A stretch of DNA of 62,653 nucleotides from a virus: positions 1 through 62,653 of the IMG/VR virus record IMGVR_UViG_3300011921_000001, one strand, 5' to 3'. Below the pieces are notes generated by a model. The model saw only the letters and a program-made list of their open reading frames with translations, did no database searches and was not told the origin of the DNA. Every line of letters begins with the position of its first letter. The stretch's first letter is position 1. Positions 1 to 8,588 of this stretch are shown here, piece by piece. A program made the position numbers and the translations under genes.

Positions 1-77
1 GTTGCCAGTGGTTGTGCTACCAGTTGCAACAGCACCAGTGCTGAAGAACAAGTTCGCGCCCACAGCGGCCTGCGTCA
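1..77. repeat. Terminal redundancy of the record: 1-77 is identical to 62577-62653 (circular closure / assembly overlap)
   Basis: Base-by-base comparison of the two window ends; 77 nt exact match. Confidence 0.95.
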
Positions 78-456
78 CGGAGCCAGCGGACTGGACCTGA
101 AACACCACGTTGGGATCGTCAACAACCGACGCCTGGATAACGCCAGTCACACCCGTGGGGTAGTACTGGGAGAAAATCAACTGCCCTTGAGCGTTGTAGT
201 ACGAGCAGCCAACAAACACACCCACGATACCCGTGTTAGCGGTACCGACAGGAAAGCCGTTGGTCGTCGCGTCAGCGCCGGTTGCAGTTGCCACAGCCAA
301 GTAGCCGTTCGCATTCACGTACACGGGCGAGCCGTTGTAAATGGTCGAGGCAGAGCCTGCCGGGTCGATGAGATAAGTACGGGTTGCACCTGCATATGGG
401 GTGCCGCCCAACTGATTTACGGGTTTAAGCCCGTAGGGGGATGCTACTGATGCCAT
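1..456 (-). CDS. Virion structural protein, N-terminal 152 codons of a gene that wraps the window ends (continues 62576->62406; 208 aa total); possible head-decoration protein
   Basis: ATG at 456 preceded by AAGGAG. The frame stays open to position 1 and joins ORF 62406..62639 in frame (456+171 nt = 209 codons). It lies immediately upstream of the major capsid gene, as lambda gpD does. Confidence 0.6.
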   Translation of the reverse strand, partial: MASVASPYGLKPVNQLGGTPYAGATRTYLIDPAGSASTIYNGSPVYVNANGYLAVATATGADATTNGFPVGTANTGIVGVFVGCSYYNAQGQLIFSQYYPTGVTGVIQASVVDDPNVVFQVQSAGSVTQAAVGANLFFSTGAVATGSTTTGN

Positions 457-470
457 TTAAGGACTCCTTG

Positions 471-929
471 TTACTTTAAACCAGAACCAAACCCGACGCC
501 CCGTGTCGTGGAGGATTTTTTCTCCGTGAACAAAGGCATACGAGGGTCGTTGTTACGCAAAAAGTGGTTATCCACTGAGTCCATCTGTCCCTGAGCTTGG
601 TTGTTGTAGTAGTCCTGGCGAGAGCGGAAACGCTCAGTGGGCATTTTGCAAAGCATCAAGCCACCAATTTCCACATTGCCAGTCTTCTCACTGCCCAAAA
701 GCATCAGTTCTGGATGGTCCACGGCCTTTACCGGCTCCCAGCCCTCACGCATCTTTTGAGACACGTTGGTTGGGTTTGACTGCCCGAGGATATGAGTACC
801 AACCCAATGGTAAACCCACCCCGGCTCAGGTGTCGGATCAGGCAAATTACTCGGCGGTGTATACACAGCACGAGCAGATTTTTCGCGTGACTTCAAATCA
901 CGATTGGTGCGGTCTTGCAGTTCAGCCAT
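471..929 (-). CDS. Hypothetical protein of the head-morphogenesis block (152 aa)
   Basis: Track ORF; GGAG upstream of the ATG; start overlaps the scaffold gene stop by 8 nt. Confidence 0.6.
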   Translation of the reverse strand: MAELQDRTNRDLKSREKSARAVYTPPSNLPDPTPEPGWVYHWVGTHILGQSNPTNVSQKMREGWEPVKAVDHPELMLLGSEKTGNVEIGGLMLCKMPTERFRSRQDYYNNQAQGQMDSVDNHFLRNNDPRMPLFTEKKSSTTRGVGFGSGLK

Positions 930-1884
930 TTTGGGACTCCAGTTTTAAAACTTCCTGTGCATACTTTTGCGGATCGAGATTGAACCTCTTAACCAACGCG
1001 GCTTGCGTGGGCGTAAATTCAACCCGTCTCTTGCCTGTCGAGCGACTGGCCGGAGCCACAACAGATGTAGGTTTTTTAGCCGGTGCCGTGGATGAACCTT
1101 GCGACCGTTGCCTGTCTTCCCCAAAAACTTCGGGGAACTTGGACTGTACGCGAGCATTGATCTGCTCGAAATAATCATCACTGCGGGGGTCAACCCCGTT
1201 ATTGACTAGCTTTTGGTGCAGCCCTAGTGCGTAGCTGGTGACTTCCTCAAAACCGTCAGAGCCGAACCACTGGTTTTTTGCCTGCCAGCGCAGTGTTTTT
1301 TCGTCGGCCCGCACAGGTTCTGGTTGCGGTTGCTGAGTTTGTACACGTTCTTGCGACGGCTGTAAAGTGGGTGCACGCATATTTTTTGCACTTTGCGAGT
1401 CCCACTTAGCTTCAGCCAGTGCTTCTTGTGCAGCAATAATGGCGTCAGTATCAAACGCTTCTTGCGCCGCTTTAAGTTCTCGGCGGGCTTTTTCCAGTTT
1501 GGCCTCTGCAGCCTCCTGGGTAAGCGACATGTACTGCTGGGTGCCCGCCTGCACATACTGCTTGAGCCGGTTGTTCTCGTCCACCATTGCGTAGGCCAAG
1601 CGCTCAAGCTCCGCTTTCTCCCGCGCCAGGGACTCTTTAGCCCTGCGCTCGTCGTGGCGTGCGTGCGTCAGCTCTTTGAGGCGCTTTTTAACGCCGTCGG
1701 TGTAGCTGTCCAACTCCTCATCGGTCGGATCATTTACCTCACGGTCCAGTGGCCTGCGGCCTCTGTCACGCTCTGGGGTGTCATCAACAATATCAATCTC
1801 GACATCACTCTCACCGGCTGTCGTGATCTCAATCTTGGACTCGTCATTTTCCTTTTCGTCAGGAAACTTAAAATCGTTTGCCAT
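922..1884 (-). CDS. Putative scaffolding protein (320 aa)
   Basis: Acidic N-terminus, long A/E/K/Q/R-rich coiled-coil-like centre, position between portal and capsid genes, AAGGAG RBS. Confidence 0.6.
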   Translation of the reverse strand: MANDFKFPDEKENDESKIEITTAGESDVEIDIVDDTPERDRGRRPLDREVNDPTDEELDSYTDGVKKRLKELTHARHDERRAKESLAREKAELERLAYAMVDENNRLKQYVQAGTQQYMSLTQEAAEAKLEKARRELKAAQEAFDTDAIIAAQEALAEAKWDSQSAKNMRAPTLQPSQERVQTQQPQPEPVRADEKTLRWQAKNQWFGSDGFEEVTSYALGLHQKLVNNGVDPRSDDYFEQINARVQSKFPEVFGEDRQRSQGSSTAPAKKPTSVVAPASRSTGKRRVEFTPTQAALVKRFNLDPQKYAQEVLKLESQNG

Positions 1885-1893
1885 GATTGCTCC

Positions 1894-2328
1894 TTATGCG
1901 CGGGTTATCCCACGGGGGTCTTGCACTACGGCGTCCACCTGATCGTCGTTAATCAAGCGAAACTCTTTGCCAAAAATCTTAAACCGGGTACCTGAGTACG
2001 TACGGACCAAGACAAAGTCGCCTTTTTTGCACCAAGCGCCGTTGGGAAACTTGGCCTGATCTTTGTAGGCATCAGGGCCAACATCCAAGACGAACAACAC
2101 GGTGGTCGCGTGCTCTTCTTGTTTGATGAACGACGTTGGTTTGACCAAGTCAAGTTCAGTGCCGTCGAGCTTTTCAGACACATCGGGCACGATGCACAGC
2201 AGCTTCCAGCCAGTGGGGATAGGCAAGCTTGTTGCTTTCTCCTCTGCCGCTGCCTCTGGTGCAGGCGCGTGCTTTGGCTGAATGGTGGGCGGCAGACTAA
2301 TGCCGGGGGGCAGGAGGATTTCACTCAT
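1894..2328 (-). CDS. GroES/gp31-like (cpn10-fold) protein, 144 aa from ATG 2328 (track ORF extends to a TTG at 2358)
   Basis: The C-terminal ~100 aa follow the GroES pattern by eye (W-K-L-L-C-I-V ... VLDVGPD ... KKGDFVLV ... G..FKI.G.E..LI..D.V.AVV). ATG 2328 lies next to the upstream stop. Confidence 0.4.
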   Translation of the reverse strand: MSEILLPPGISLPPTIQPKHAPAPEAAAEEKATSLPIPTGWKLLCIVPDVSEKLDGTELDLVKPTSFIKQEEHATTVLFVLDVGPDAYKDQAKFPNGAWCKKGDFVLVRTYSGTRFKIFGKEFRLINDDQVDAVVQDPRGITRA

Positions 2329-2515
2329 CGGATTTTTCAACTTTCTCTGCAAGGTCAAGTAGATGGCGCTCTGCGGTAGCTAGACCCTGAATAACACCGC
2401 AAAGTTTTTGGTACTCGTCAAAAGTGCGACATGCGCCCCCCGCCAAGTCATCGGCGTAGTTGTTCATGTCGGTGCGTAGTTTCTCGCGCAGAACGCGTGC
2501 GAAATCTTGGATCAT
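2321..2515 (-). CDS. Hypothetical protein (64 aa)
   Basis: Track ORF; start overlaps the portal stop (ATGA-type coupling). Confidence 0.5.
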   Translation of the reverse strand: MIQDFARVLREKLRTDMNNYADDLAGGACRTFDEYQKLCGVIQGLATAERHLLDLAEKVEKSDE

Positions 2516-5019
2516 TTAGCGGGCTTTCCTTTTTGCTGTTGCTGCTGCAAGCGCTGCTGCGCCATCTGGTCTTTGCTTTTGGCAATATCTATGCCCATGC
2601 GTGCGCCGTCGCGCTGCTGTTCAGCGGCCAGCCGCTCGTTGTCATAGTGCATCTTGCCTGCGACCTTTGTGCCTTCGAGCTGCATACGTGTGGTCAAGTC
2701 CTCGCGCTTGAGCGCCAGCTCGTCTGCCCGCGCAGCGGCGTCGATGGCCATCTGCTTTTCTTTGATCTGCACCTCTTTGGCTTTGATCTGCACCTCTTGC
2801 GTGCGAATCTGCAGCTCTTGCTGCTGCATCTGGATGAGCGGGTCTTGCTGTTGCTGCTGCGCTTGCTGCTGTGCGGCCATCGCCTGGTTCTGCTGCAGGA
2901 CCTGCTGCGCGGCCTGAGCCATCATGGCGCTGAGCTGCAGCTCGATCTCGGGCGGCAGCTTCTCGTCTTGCGGCGGCAGGGGCATACCAAGCTGCTGCTC
3001 GATCTTTTGGCGGTAGCCGAAGCCAACGTGCTCGGCAATGTGCGCCATCATGGCCGCTTGAATCTGCGGCGCTTTGGGGTTCTGCCCGACAAGCTGCATG
3101 ATGATCGGGTCCTGCATGGCCGAGCTGTGCACCTTGATGTGGGACTCGTGGTCTTGGTACTGGAACGCCTTGAGCGGCTCGCCCTTGAGCGCTGCCATGT
3201 TCTCGGAGACGGGGTCCTTGGGTTTCTGGTCATCCTCCAGAGGCACCAGATCAGCCGCGTTCTTGATGCCCAGCACCTCCAGCATCCCCCGGTGCAGCTT
3301 GGGCAGGTCGTAGATGTCAGGGGCCATCTGCGCCATCTGTATCACCGCTTGGTACTGCACCACGCGCTGGCTCATGGTGGCCGCGTTGGGATCGCTCACG
3401 GGGATGATCTCTACGTGGCTGTAGTCGGCCTTCTTGGCTTTACGTGGCGCATCGACCGGGTCGTAGTCGTAGCTGTCCTCCGTGTAGTCCCTAATGAGCC
3501 CCGCCAAGAGTTTTAGCTCTTGCTTGAACGAAAAGTGCAGACGCGCTGAGACTGCCGTCATCACCTTGAGCTGGCGCTCCAAGAGCGCGAGCGTGGTGCC
3601 CACAGGGGCCTGCGCAGACATGTCTGAGACCTTCATGTCAGCCGTGGCGGCGAACCTGCGGCCCTCCTCGACGATCTTGTCCATGAGCGCTGCCAGCACG
3701 GCAGAGGGCTCTTTGTAGGGCAGGGGCAGGATGTTGTCGCGCAGCGCTCCTGAGCCGATGTCCACATCACGGAACTCACCCGGCGCGATGGGGGTGTCGT
3801 CGCCCTTGATCCGCAAGCCACGGGTCTTCAGACCCCCCGGCAAGTTAGAGAGCGTGCCCGCATCCACCAACTGACGCATGATGCTTGTGGCGCTCTTGGC
3901 GTAGCCACCGATCAGGTGGAACAGCCCGAACCCGTACGCCCCGAAGCCGGGGATGTACTGGTAGTGCACAAAGTGCTGGCGCTTGAGGCACAGCTTGTCG
4001 TCCTCGCTCCAGTTCCTGCGCAGGGACAGCACCTCGTTGCTGCCCTTTAGTATGGTCATCACGTATGGCAGCGTAACGCCAAGGGGCTGGCCGTCATCGT
4101 CCATCTCAGTGTGCTCGTCACCCTTGACCACCAGCGCAACGTGGCTCTCGTACAGGGTGTAGCGGTCATCGTTCAAGTCAGAGAACCCCGTCTCCTTGTC
4201 CTTGGCCTGCTGGATGTCGGTCTTGCTCTTGTCGGGCTCTGGCAGCTCGATGTCGCGGTAGAACCCCGCTTGCTGGAGCTTGATGATCTCGCTCTTGGTT
4301 TTCCTCAGTGTGTGCGTGACGCGGTAGCAAGTGTCCAGGTCCGTCGCCCCGTACGGCAAGATGATGTCTTCAGCCGGTATGAACATGCTGACCTGACGGC
4401 CCAGGCCGGGGTCGTAGTAGACCTTCTTGAACGCAGAGCCCGTGGCGGGCAAGCTCCAGAGCATCCTCTCGTGCTCGGGGCGGAACTCGCGCATGACCTC
4501 GGTCAGCTCGTAGTTCATGTCGTCCTGCACCCGGTCTGCCGCCTCGTCCTTCTCCGGGGTCTGCTTGCCCAGTATCTTGGTCTTGACCGGCCCCTGCGCG
4601 GGGAAGGTCTCCGTGATCGACTCTGACTGGAACCTGACCACGGCTTCCGTAATCATTGGATGAAACACCCCACACGCGCCATCCCACGGCTCCGTGCGCT
4701 CCTCGTACTGCAGGCCCAGCAGCTTGATGCCCTGCACGTAGGACTTCTCCCACTCACGGCGTGAGCCCAGGTCATTGGTAATATCTTCGGACAGCTCGCC
4801 TGCCAGCGTGGTCAGCTCCGCGTCGCTAAGTTCTTCGGCAAGGTTCTGGCCAAACGTGTCCTCGTCCTCGCCGGGGCGTATGGACAGCTCCATGCTGCCT
4901 GCGTGGATGTTGACCTCCTCGGGGTCAATGATCTCGATCTCAATGGGTTCTTCGTCCTGCGCAAGCGCCTCGATGCCCTTGGGCTGCTGGTACAGCGCTT
5001 TGTCGATGTTTGTAGCCAT
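2512..5019 (-). CDS. Portal protein (835 aa) with Gln-rich C-terminal tail
   Basis: Large ORF directly downstream of terL; size and position typical of portals; Q/A/K-rich coiled C-terminus. Confidence 0.75.
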   Translation of the reverse strand: MATNIDKALYQQPKGIEALAQDEEPIEIEIIDPEEVNIHAGSMELSIRPGEDEDTFGQNLAEELSDAELTTLAGELSEDITNDLGSRREWEKSYVQGIKLLGLQYEERTEPWDGACGVFHPMITEAVVRFQSESITETFPAQGPVKTKILGKQTPEKDEAADRVQDDMNYELTEVMREFRPEHERMLWSLPATGSAFKKVYYDPGLGRQVSMFIPAEDIILPYGATDLDTCYRVTHTLRKTKSEIIKLQQAGFYRDIELPEPDKSKTDIQQAKDKETGFSDLNDDRYTLYESHVALVVKGDEHTEMDDDGQPLGVTLPYVMTILKGSNEVLSLRRNWSEDDKLCLKRQHFVHYQYIPGFGAYGFGLFHLIGGYAKSATSIMRQLVDAGTLSNLPGGLKTRGLRIKGDDTPIAPGEFRDVDIGSGALRDNILPLPYKEPSAVLAALMDKIVEEGRRFAATADMKVSDMSAQAPVGTTLALLERQLKVMTAVSARLHFSFKQELKLLAGLIRDYTEDSYDYDPVDAPRKAKKADYSHVEIIPVSDPNAATMSQRVVQYQAVIQMAQMAPDIYDLPKLHRGMLEVLGIKNAADLVPLEDDQKPKDPVSENMAALKGEPLKAFQYQDHESHIKVHSSAMQDPIIMQLVGQNPKAPQIQAAMMAHIAEHVGFGYRQKIEQQLGMPLPPQDEKLPPEIELQLSAMMAQAAQQVLQQNQAMAAQQQAQQQQQDPLIQMQQQELQIRTQEVQIKAKEVQIKEKQMAIDAAARADELALKREDLTTRMQLEGTKVAGKMHYDNERLAAEQQRDGARMGIDIAKSKDQMAQQRLQQQQQKGKPAK

Positions 5020-5028
5020 GTCGTGTCC

Positions 5029-6561
5029 TTAGTAGTACGCCGCGCTGCGGCGTCGAAAAAATCGTGGTGCATCCTGCTCGTCAGTTGCCAGCGAGATGAA
5101 CCCGCCTTGCCTGAACCTGAGCAGTGCTTGGGAGGTCGTGTCCACGAAGTCGTCGTTCTCGCCGTTGGGAAAGGACGCAACTTCCTCAATGACCTCGCGT
5201 GCCCAGCGAGTATCTGGAGCCCACACTGTACTTGATGCAAATAAATCAGCAACCGCGTTCAGACGCACGATCTTGTCGTTGCCCCGGCTGGGGTTGGTCT
5301 CTTGCACGGGTATACCCATGCGCCTGAGTTCTTGTATCAGCGGAGCGCCAGCGGCCTTTTTCTCCACGATGAACGCATCGGGCTCCCACTCTTTGTAGTG
5401 CTTGAGCGCTGCGGCCTTTAGCTCAGGGAACTGCATCCGGTCTTTGAACGCGTCGAGCAAAATAATCTGCGCAGCGTCATTTTCTTCCTCGTTGTAGAAC
5501 ACGCCCCATGTGGTGCACGCCGAATAGTCGGCGCTGGTTTTGGCTTCAAAGGCCGTGTCCCACGACTGGATAATATAGTCACAGCGGGGCGGCTCTTCCG
5601 TAGGCCATATGCGCCAGGACTTGCGGCTGACAATGGCCGCAGTGTTGGATACTGGGTTTTGCATGTACTGCGCGTTCCAGTACTGCGGGTCCAGCGACAT
5701 CTTCTTTTGCTTGAGCGACTCCAGCGGCCACTGCTCTGGCCACAGGCTTTTCTCGTTCTCCGTGTCCTCGTGCAGTATGGCAGGCAGCTCCACCACCTCC
5801 CACGGATCAGCGTCTGGGTTTTTGATCTGGTAGTCCAGCAAGCGCCCTGTCAGGTCGAGCTTGCCCCAGCGCGTCATGATAATGATGATCGCGCCCCCCG
5901 GCATCAAGCGCTGCAGTGGGCCGGTCTGGAACCACGACCATGCAGTATCAAACGCCAAGCGGCTGTTGGCTTTTACGTCCTGCTCACTATGAGGGTCATC
6001 AATAACAAAGAGGTCAGCACCACGGCCCGCCAAAGCGCCACCGACACCAGCAGCGTAGTACTGGCCCCCAGCAGAAGTAGACCACTTGCCCGCAGCTTTT
6101 TGGTCGTCGGCTATTTTGGTGGTGAACAAGTCTTTGTAGTCATCACTGTCGATCAAGTTCCTGACCCGGCGTCCAAAGTCCTCGGACAAGCCCGCAGTGT
6201 GCGTGGCCATGATGATCTTTTTCTCCGGGAAACTGCCCAGAAAGAATGACGGGAACAGGTACGAGCTGAACTCGGACTTGCCCATACGTGGGGCGATGTT
6301 GATGATGACGCGCTTTTTCTTGCCCGAGATCACATCACCGAATATACGCGCCAGTTTCTTGTGGTGCGGCCCCACCTTAAAGCCAGGGTACACGGACTTG
6401 GCAAACTCGATCATGTCGGTGCGTGCCAGCGTGCGCTTTTTCTGATCCTCGGCTTTATCGAGCAGCTCCAGCGCTTCGAGCTTTTCCTCCAAGGACAGCT
6501 TGCCCATGTGCATGAGCATCGCTTTGGCCTGCTCAGGCGTCAGTGTCGGGCTGTTCGTCAT
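5029..6561 (-). CDS. terL: Terminase large subunit (510 aa from ATG 6561; track ORF starts at TTG 6576)
   Basis: Walker A-like APRMGKSEF, Walker B-like DLFVIDDPH, C-terminal nuclease-like acidic motifs (IQSWDTAF, NDDFVDT). Confidence 0.85.
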   Translation of the reverse strand: MTNSPTLTPEQAKAMLMHMGKLSLEEKLEALELLDKAEDQKKRTLARTDMIEFAKSVYPGFKVGPHHKKLARIFGDVISGKKKRVIINIAPRMGKSEFSSYLFPSFFLGSFPEKKIIMATHTAGLSEDFGRRVRNLIDSDDYKDLFTTKIADDQKAAGKWSTSAGGQYYAAGVGGALAGRGADLFVIDDPHSEQDVKANSRLAFDTAWSWFQTGPLQRLMPGGAIIIIMTRWGKLDLTGRLLDYQIKNPDADPWEVVELPAILHEDTENEKSLWPEQWPLESLKQKKMSLDPQYWNAQYMQNPVSNTAAIVSRKSWRIWPTEEPPRCDYIIQSWDTAFEAKTSADYSACTTWGVFYNEEENDAAQIILLDAFKDRMQFPELKAAALKHYKEWEPDAFIVEKKAAGAPLIQELRRMGIPVQETNPSRGNDKIVRLNAVADLFASSTVWAPDTRWAREVIEEVASFPNGENDDFVDTTSQALLRFRQGGFISLATDEQDAPRFFRRRSAAYY

Positions 6562-7141
6562 CAGTACTTTCCCCAAGAGGGGTCACATCTTCAATGTCTT
6601 CGTGCGCAACATCCGTCACGCCCATGAACTTGGCCAGCTTTTCTTTGAGTTTTTTGTCGATCTCGTCTTCCGTGAGGTCTGTCTTTTTGACCTCGATCTT
6701 GTCAGTAAAGAGCCCCACCTCTGTCACCTTGCCCAGTAGGCCCAGCGCTTTGAGCCTTATATTGGCGTTGGGGTTCTGAGATTCCTCCACCAACTTGGCC
6801 ACCGTATAGCCGCGCAGCTCCTTGGCTTGCTGCACAAACTCCCAGTCATAGGCGGTCAGCATCCCCACAAGATGGCGCACGGCTGCGGGGGTTTGTATCT
6901 GGGCGAGCTTGTGGTGGGGGCTGTCCTCGTTCGTGACGACCGCGTTGAAGGCCGTGCGTGCTGCCTGCTGCTCCAGCGCTGAGACAGCGGCGTTGGTGTC
7001 GGGGCACCCCAGGGATGCGAGAAAGTCTGCGGTTGAAACCTGCGCGTCGATCACTTGCGCGGCACTGTGCTTTTCGACAGCGCGTGCTTTTCCATCCTCT
7101 GTGAGAATGTCTGGTTCAAAATCCAACAAGTGTTCAAGCAT
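6533..7141 (-). CDS. terS: Putative terminase small subunit (202 aa)
   Basis: First gene of the late arm, immediately upstream of and overlapping terL; IRLKALGLLGK..GLF resembles small-terminase helices; acidic C-terminus. Confidence 0.5.
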   Translation of the reverse strand: MLEHLLDFEPDILTEDGKARAVEKHSAAQVIDAQVSTADFLASLGCPDTNAAVSALEQQAARTAFNAVVTNEDSPHHKLAQIQTPAAVRHLVGMLTAYDWEFVQQAKELRGYTVAKLVEESQNPNANIRLKALGLLGKVTEVGLFTDKIEVKKTDLTEDEIDKKLKEKLAKFMGVTDVAHEDIEDVTPLGESTDDEQPDTDA

Positions 7142-7252
7142 GTGCGGGTTTAGGCGTGGTGCCCTTGCTTACCGATACGGCGGACTATACACTTAGTGCA
7201 GCAGTTGTCGCAAGACATTTGCTTTCTCCTTGGGAATGGAAGTCCCCTTGCA

Positions 7253-7283
7253 CCCCGTCAGGAAACTGGCGGGGTCTTTTTTT
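7253..7283 (+). terminator. Canonical intrinsic terminator on the + strand with no upstream + strand gene (orphan)
   Basis: Stem CCCCGTC/GGCGGGG (7 bp, one G-U), 8-nt loop AGGAAACT, then TCTTTTTTT. Confidence 0.6.
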
Positions 7284-7320
7284 GCCTGATACTGTCTAGC
7301 GTTAGACACAGATTGCCTGC

Positions 7321-7336
7321 AATTTTTATAAAAATT
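7321..7336. repeat. 16-bp perfect A/T-only palindrome AATTTTTATAAAAATT
   Basis: Self-complementary on inspection; lies in the divergent terS/early intergenic region. Confidence 0.9.
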
Positions 7337-7454
7337 TAGGGGGGTATGTAAAAGGTATTAGGGAAGTTACTGCTTAAGTGTTACAAAAGTTGTGGGAGCG
7401 GGTGTGAAACAGTGTTCATGTTTGGCCGTCAATGTAGGCCCAATTTAGGGGGGT
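7333..7454 (+). repeat. Direct repeat AATTTAGGGGGGT at 7333-7345 and 7442-7454; the second copy extends into a G-run tract
   Basis: Two exact 13-mers 109 bp apart in non-coding DNA. Confidence 0.85.
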
Positions 7455-7540
7455 GGGGGTACGGTGGGGGTCAAAAAGAGCCCTTTTTACCTCGTTTTGG
7501 GTGTCGTCGGGGCCGATCAAATGGGGATGTTCGCACAATA

Positions 7541-7577
7541 GAGGTAGCGGTTAGGGAATCAGCCCTGCCGCTACCTC
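7541..7577 (+). promoter_or_regulatory. 10-bp-stem hairpin immediately upstream of the RBS of the first early gene (5'-UTR structure?)
   Basis: GAGGTAGCGG (7541-7550) pairs with CCGCTACCTC (7568-7577); inner AGGG/CCCT pairing; CAGGAG RBS follows at about 7583. Confidence 0.4.
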
Positions 7578-7596
7578 AAACCACAGGAGAACTTCC

Positions 7597-8016
7597 ATGA
7601 GCAAAATCAATTCAACCCAGCAAGCAGCAGTCACCGCATACACCGCGTTCCTCGCTGCGGGCGTATCGTATGGCGACGCTATGCGCAAAGCCGCACAATC
7701 CCTCGGTGGGACACCGTGTCCCACGTTCCTCGGTGAGCTGGCCAAGGTTCACGCGAGACGCTATGAGTGCAGCTATACGTGGGACGGCCAGGGCCGCGCC
7801 GTGTTCTTTGACGGGGATGAGTCCACCCGTGAGACGCGCAATGACGCGGCCCGGAAATCGTGGGCGCGTAACGTGATGGTTTGGTTCACGCCCGAGCGTG
7901 AGGCCGCGCCGAAGGCCAGCGCCCGCGTCAGCCGTGAGGCTCGCGCAGCGGCAAAGGCGTTGATCGAGTTGTGCGGCTCGGTTGCTGCTGCCAAAGCTGC
8001 TCTGGCGGCAGTTTGA
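7597..8016 (+). CDS. Hypothetical early protein (139 aa)
   Basis: Track ORF; CAGGAG 7 nt upstream of the ATG; contains palindrome copy 1 in frame (GGTPCPT). Confidence 0.65.
   Translation: MSKINSTQQAAVTAYTAFLAAGVSYGDAMRKAAQSLGGTPCPTFLGELAKVHARRYECSYTWDGQGRAVFFDGDESTRETRNDAARKSWARNVMVWFTPEREAAPKASARVSREARAAAKALIELCGSVAAAKAALAAV
7706..7724. promoter_or_regulatory. Palindrome copy 1: GTGGGACA-CCG-TGTCCCAC (intragenic)
   Basis: Exact 8+3+8 inverted repeat. Confidence 0.9.
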
Positions 8017-8038
8017 TAACTTCTTTGAATGACTCGAT

Positions 8039-8057
8039 GCGGGTCTGTCCGGCCCGC
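8039..8057 (+). terminator. Possible weak terminator/hairpin after the first early gene
   Basis: GCGGGTC/GGCCCGC stem (one G-U), loop TGTCC, followed by the T-containing stretch TGTTGCATT (no clean U-run). Confidence 0.3.
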
Positions 8058-8104
8058 TGTTGCATTCCCTGTCTAACAGTTTTCCACTTGGCGCAAAACT
8101 GACG

Positions 8105-8158
8105 CTTTCACTTTTCCGCCCAGCGCAACAATCCCCACGTTGCGCCTTTCACTTTTCC
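8105..8158 (+). repeat. Direct repeat CTTTCACTTTTCC (8105-8117, 8146-8158) flanking hairpin GCGCAAC/GTTGCGC (8123-8145)
   Basis: Two exact 13-mers and a 7-bp inverted repeat, in intergenic DNA just upstream of palindrome copy 2. Confidence 0.8.
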
Positions 8159-8164
8159 AAATCC

Positions 8165-8183
8165 GTGGGACAGCGTGTCCCAC
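8165..8183. promoter_or_regulatory. Palindrome copy 2: GTGGGACA-GCG-TGTCCCAC
   Basis: Exact 8+3+8 inverted repeat; ends 22 nt upstream of ATG 8206. Confidence 0.9.
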
Positions 8184-8205
8184 CAAACCTCTAGGAGCTT
8201 CCATC

Positions 8206-8424
8206 ATGACTACCAAACACACCGGCACCATCTCTATCGGCAACCGCGAGTTCACACTCTACGAGGAGCTGCCCCTTGGCGAGACGCGGCCAGAGTTCTG
8301 TATCTGGCGTGTGGTAGCCAGCACAGGCGAGGAGACCGTGCTCGCGTCTGTGAACGCACTCGAAGGCTGGTTCGTGGGCCAGCAGGCAATGGCTGCTCTG
8401 CGTGGGACTCATGACCGCCGTTAA
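8206..8424 (+). CDS. Hypothetical early protein (72 aa; track ORF 8140.. trimmed to the ATG with an RBS)
   Basis: TAGGAGC 7 nt upstream of ATG 8206. The longer track ORF would read through the palindrome. Confidence 0.6.
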   Translation: MTTKHTGTISIGNREFTLYEELPLGETRPEFCIWRVVASTGEETVLASVNALEGWFVGQQAMAALRGTHDRR

Positions 8425-8563
8425 GCGTCAACATCTAGCGCAGCTTCGAAAGCTGCGCGATGAGCTGTACGCCAAGCTGCCCCCACAAGAGCAGCGGCGT
8501 ATCGACGAGGCCAAGCGTCTGCTGGCCCAACGCACCAAGCAACTGCGCTTGTTCCACCTATGA
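8411..8563 (+). CDS. Possible small basic coiled-coil protein (50 aa)
   Basis: ORF below the track cutoff, translated by hand (MTAVKRQHLAQLRKLRDELYAKL...); weak RBS; overlaps the previous gene by 14 nt. Confidence 0.35.
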   Translation: MTAVKRQHLAQLRKLRDELYAKLPPQEQRRIDEAKRLLAQRTKQLRLFHL

Positions 8564-8588
8564 AACAGATTTTTTACTGTCCAAGACT

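Noticed and set aside
1-77. The 77-bp end duplication as a biological direct terminal repeat.
   Set aside because: It falls inside a coding sequence rather than in the non-coding terS-proximal region, and its length equals a standard assembler k-mer. An assembly overlap of a circular or permuted genome is more likely.
2431-3516. Long antisense ORFs in the track. Examples: 2431-3516 +, 13342-14184 -, 23449-24318 -, 25628-26665 -, 27286-28257 -, 28035-29054 -, 31876-32940 +, 39389-40690 +, 56145-56954 +, 61595-62383 +.
   Set aside because: Each lies entirely opposite a gene with clear motifs or RBS/coupling signals. Their products are Arg/Leu/His/Val-rich low-complexity translations typical of shadow ORFs in GC-rich DNA. 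None has an RBS.
7447-7470. The G-run tract GGGGGGTGGGGGTACGGTGGGGG as a G-quadruplex.
   Set aside because: It has only three runs of three or more G separated by loops, and the fourth run is GG. A canonical four-tract G4 is not clearly available.
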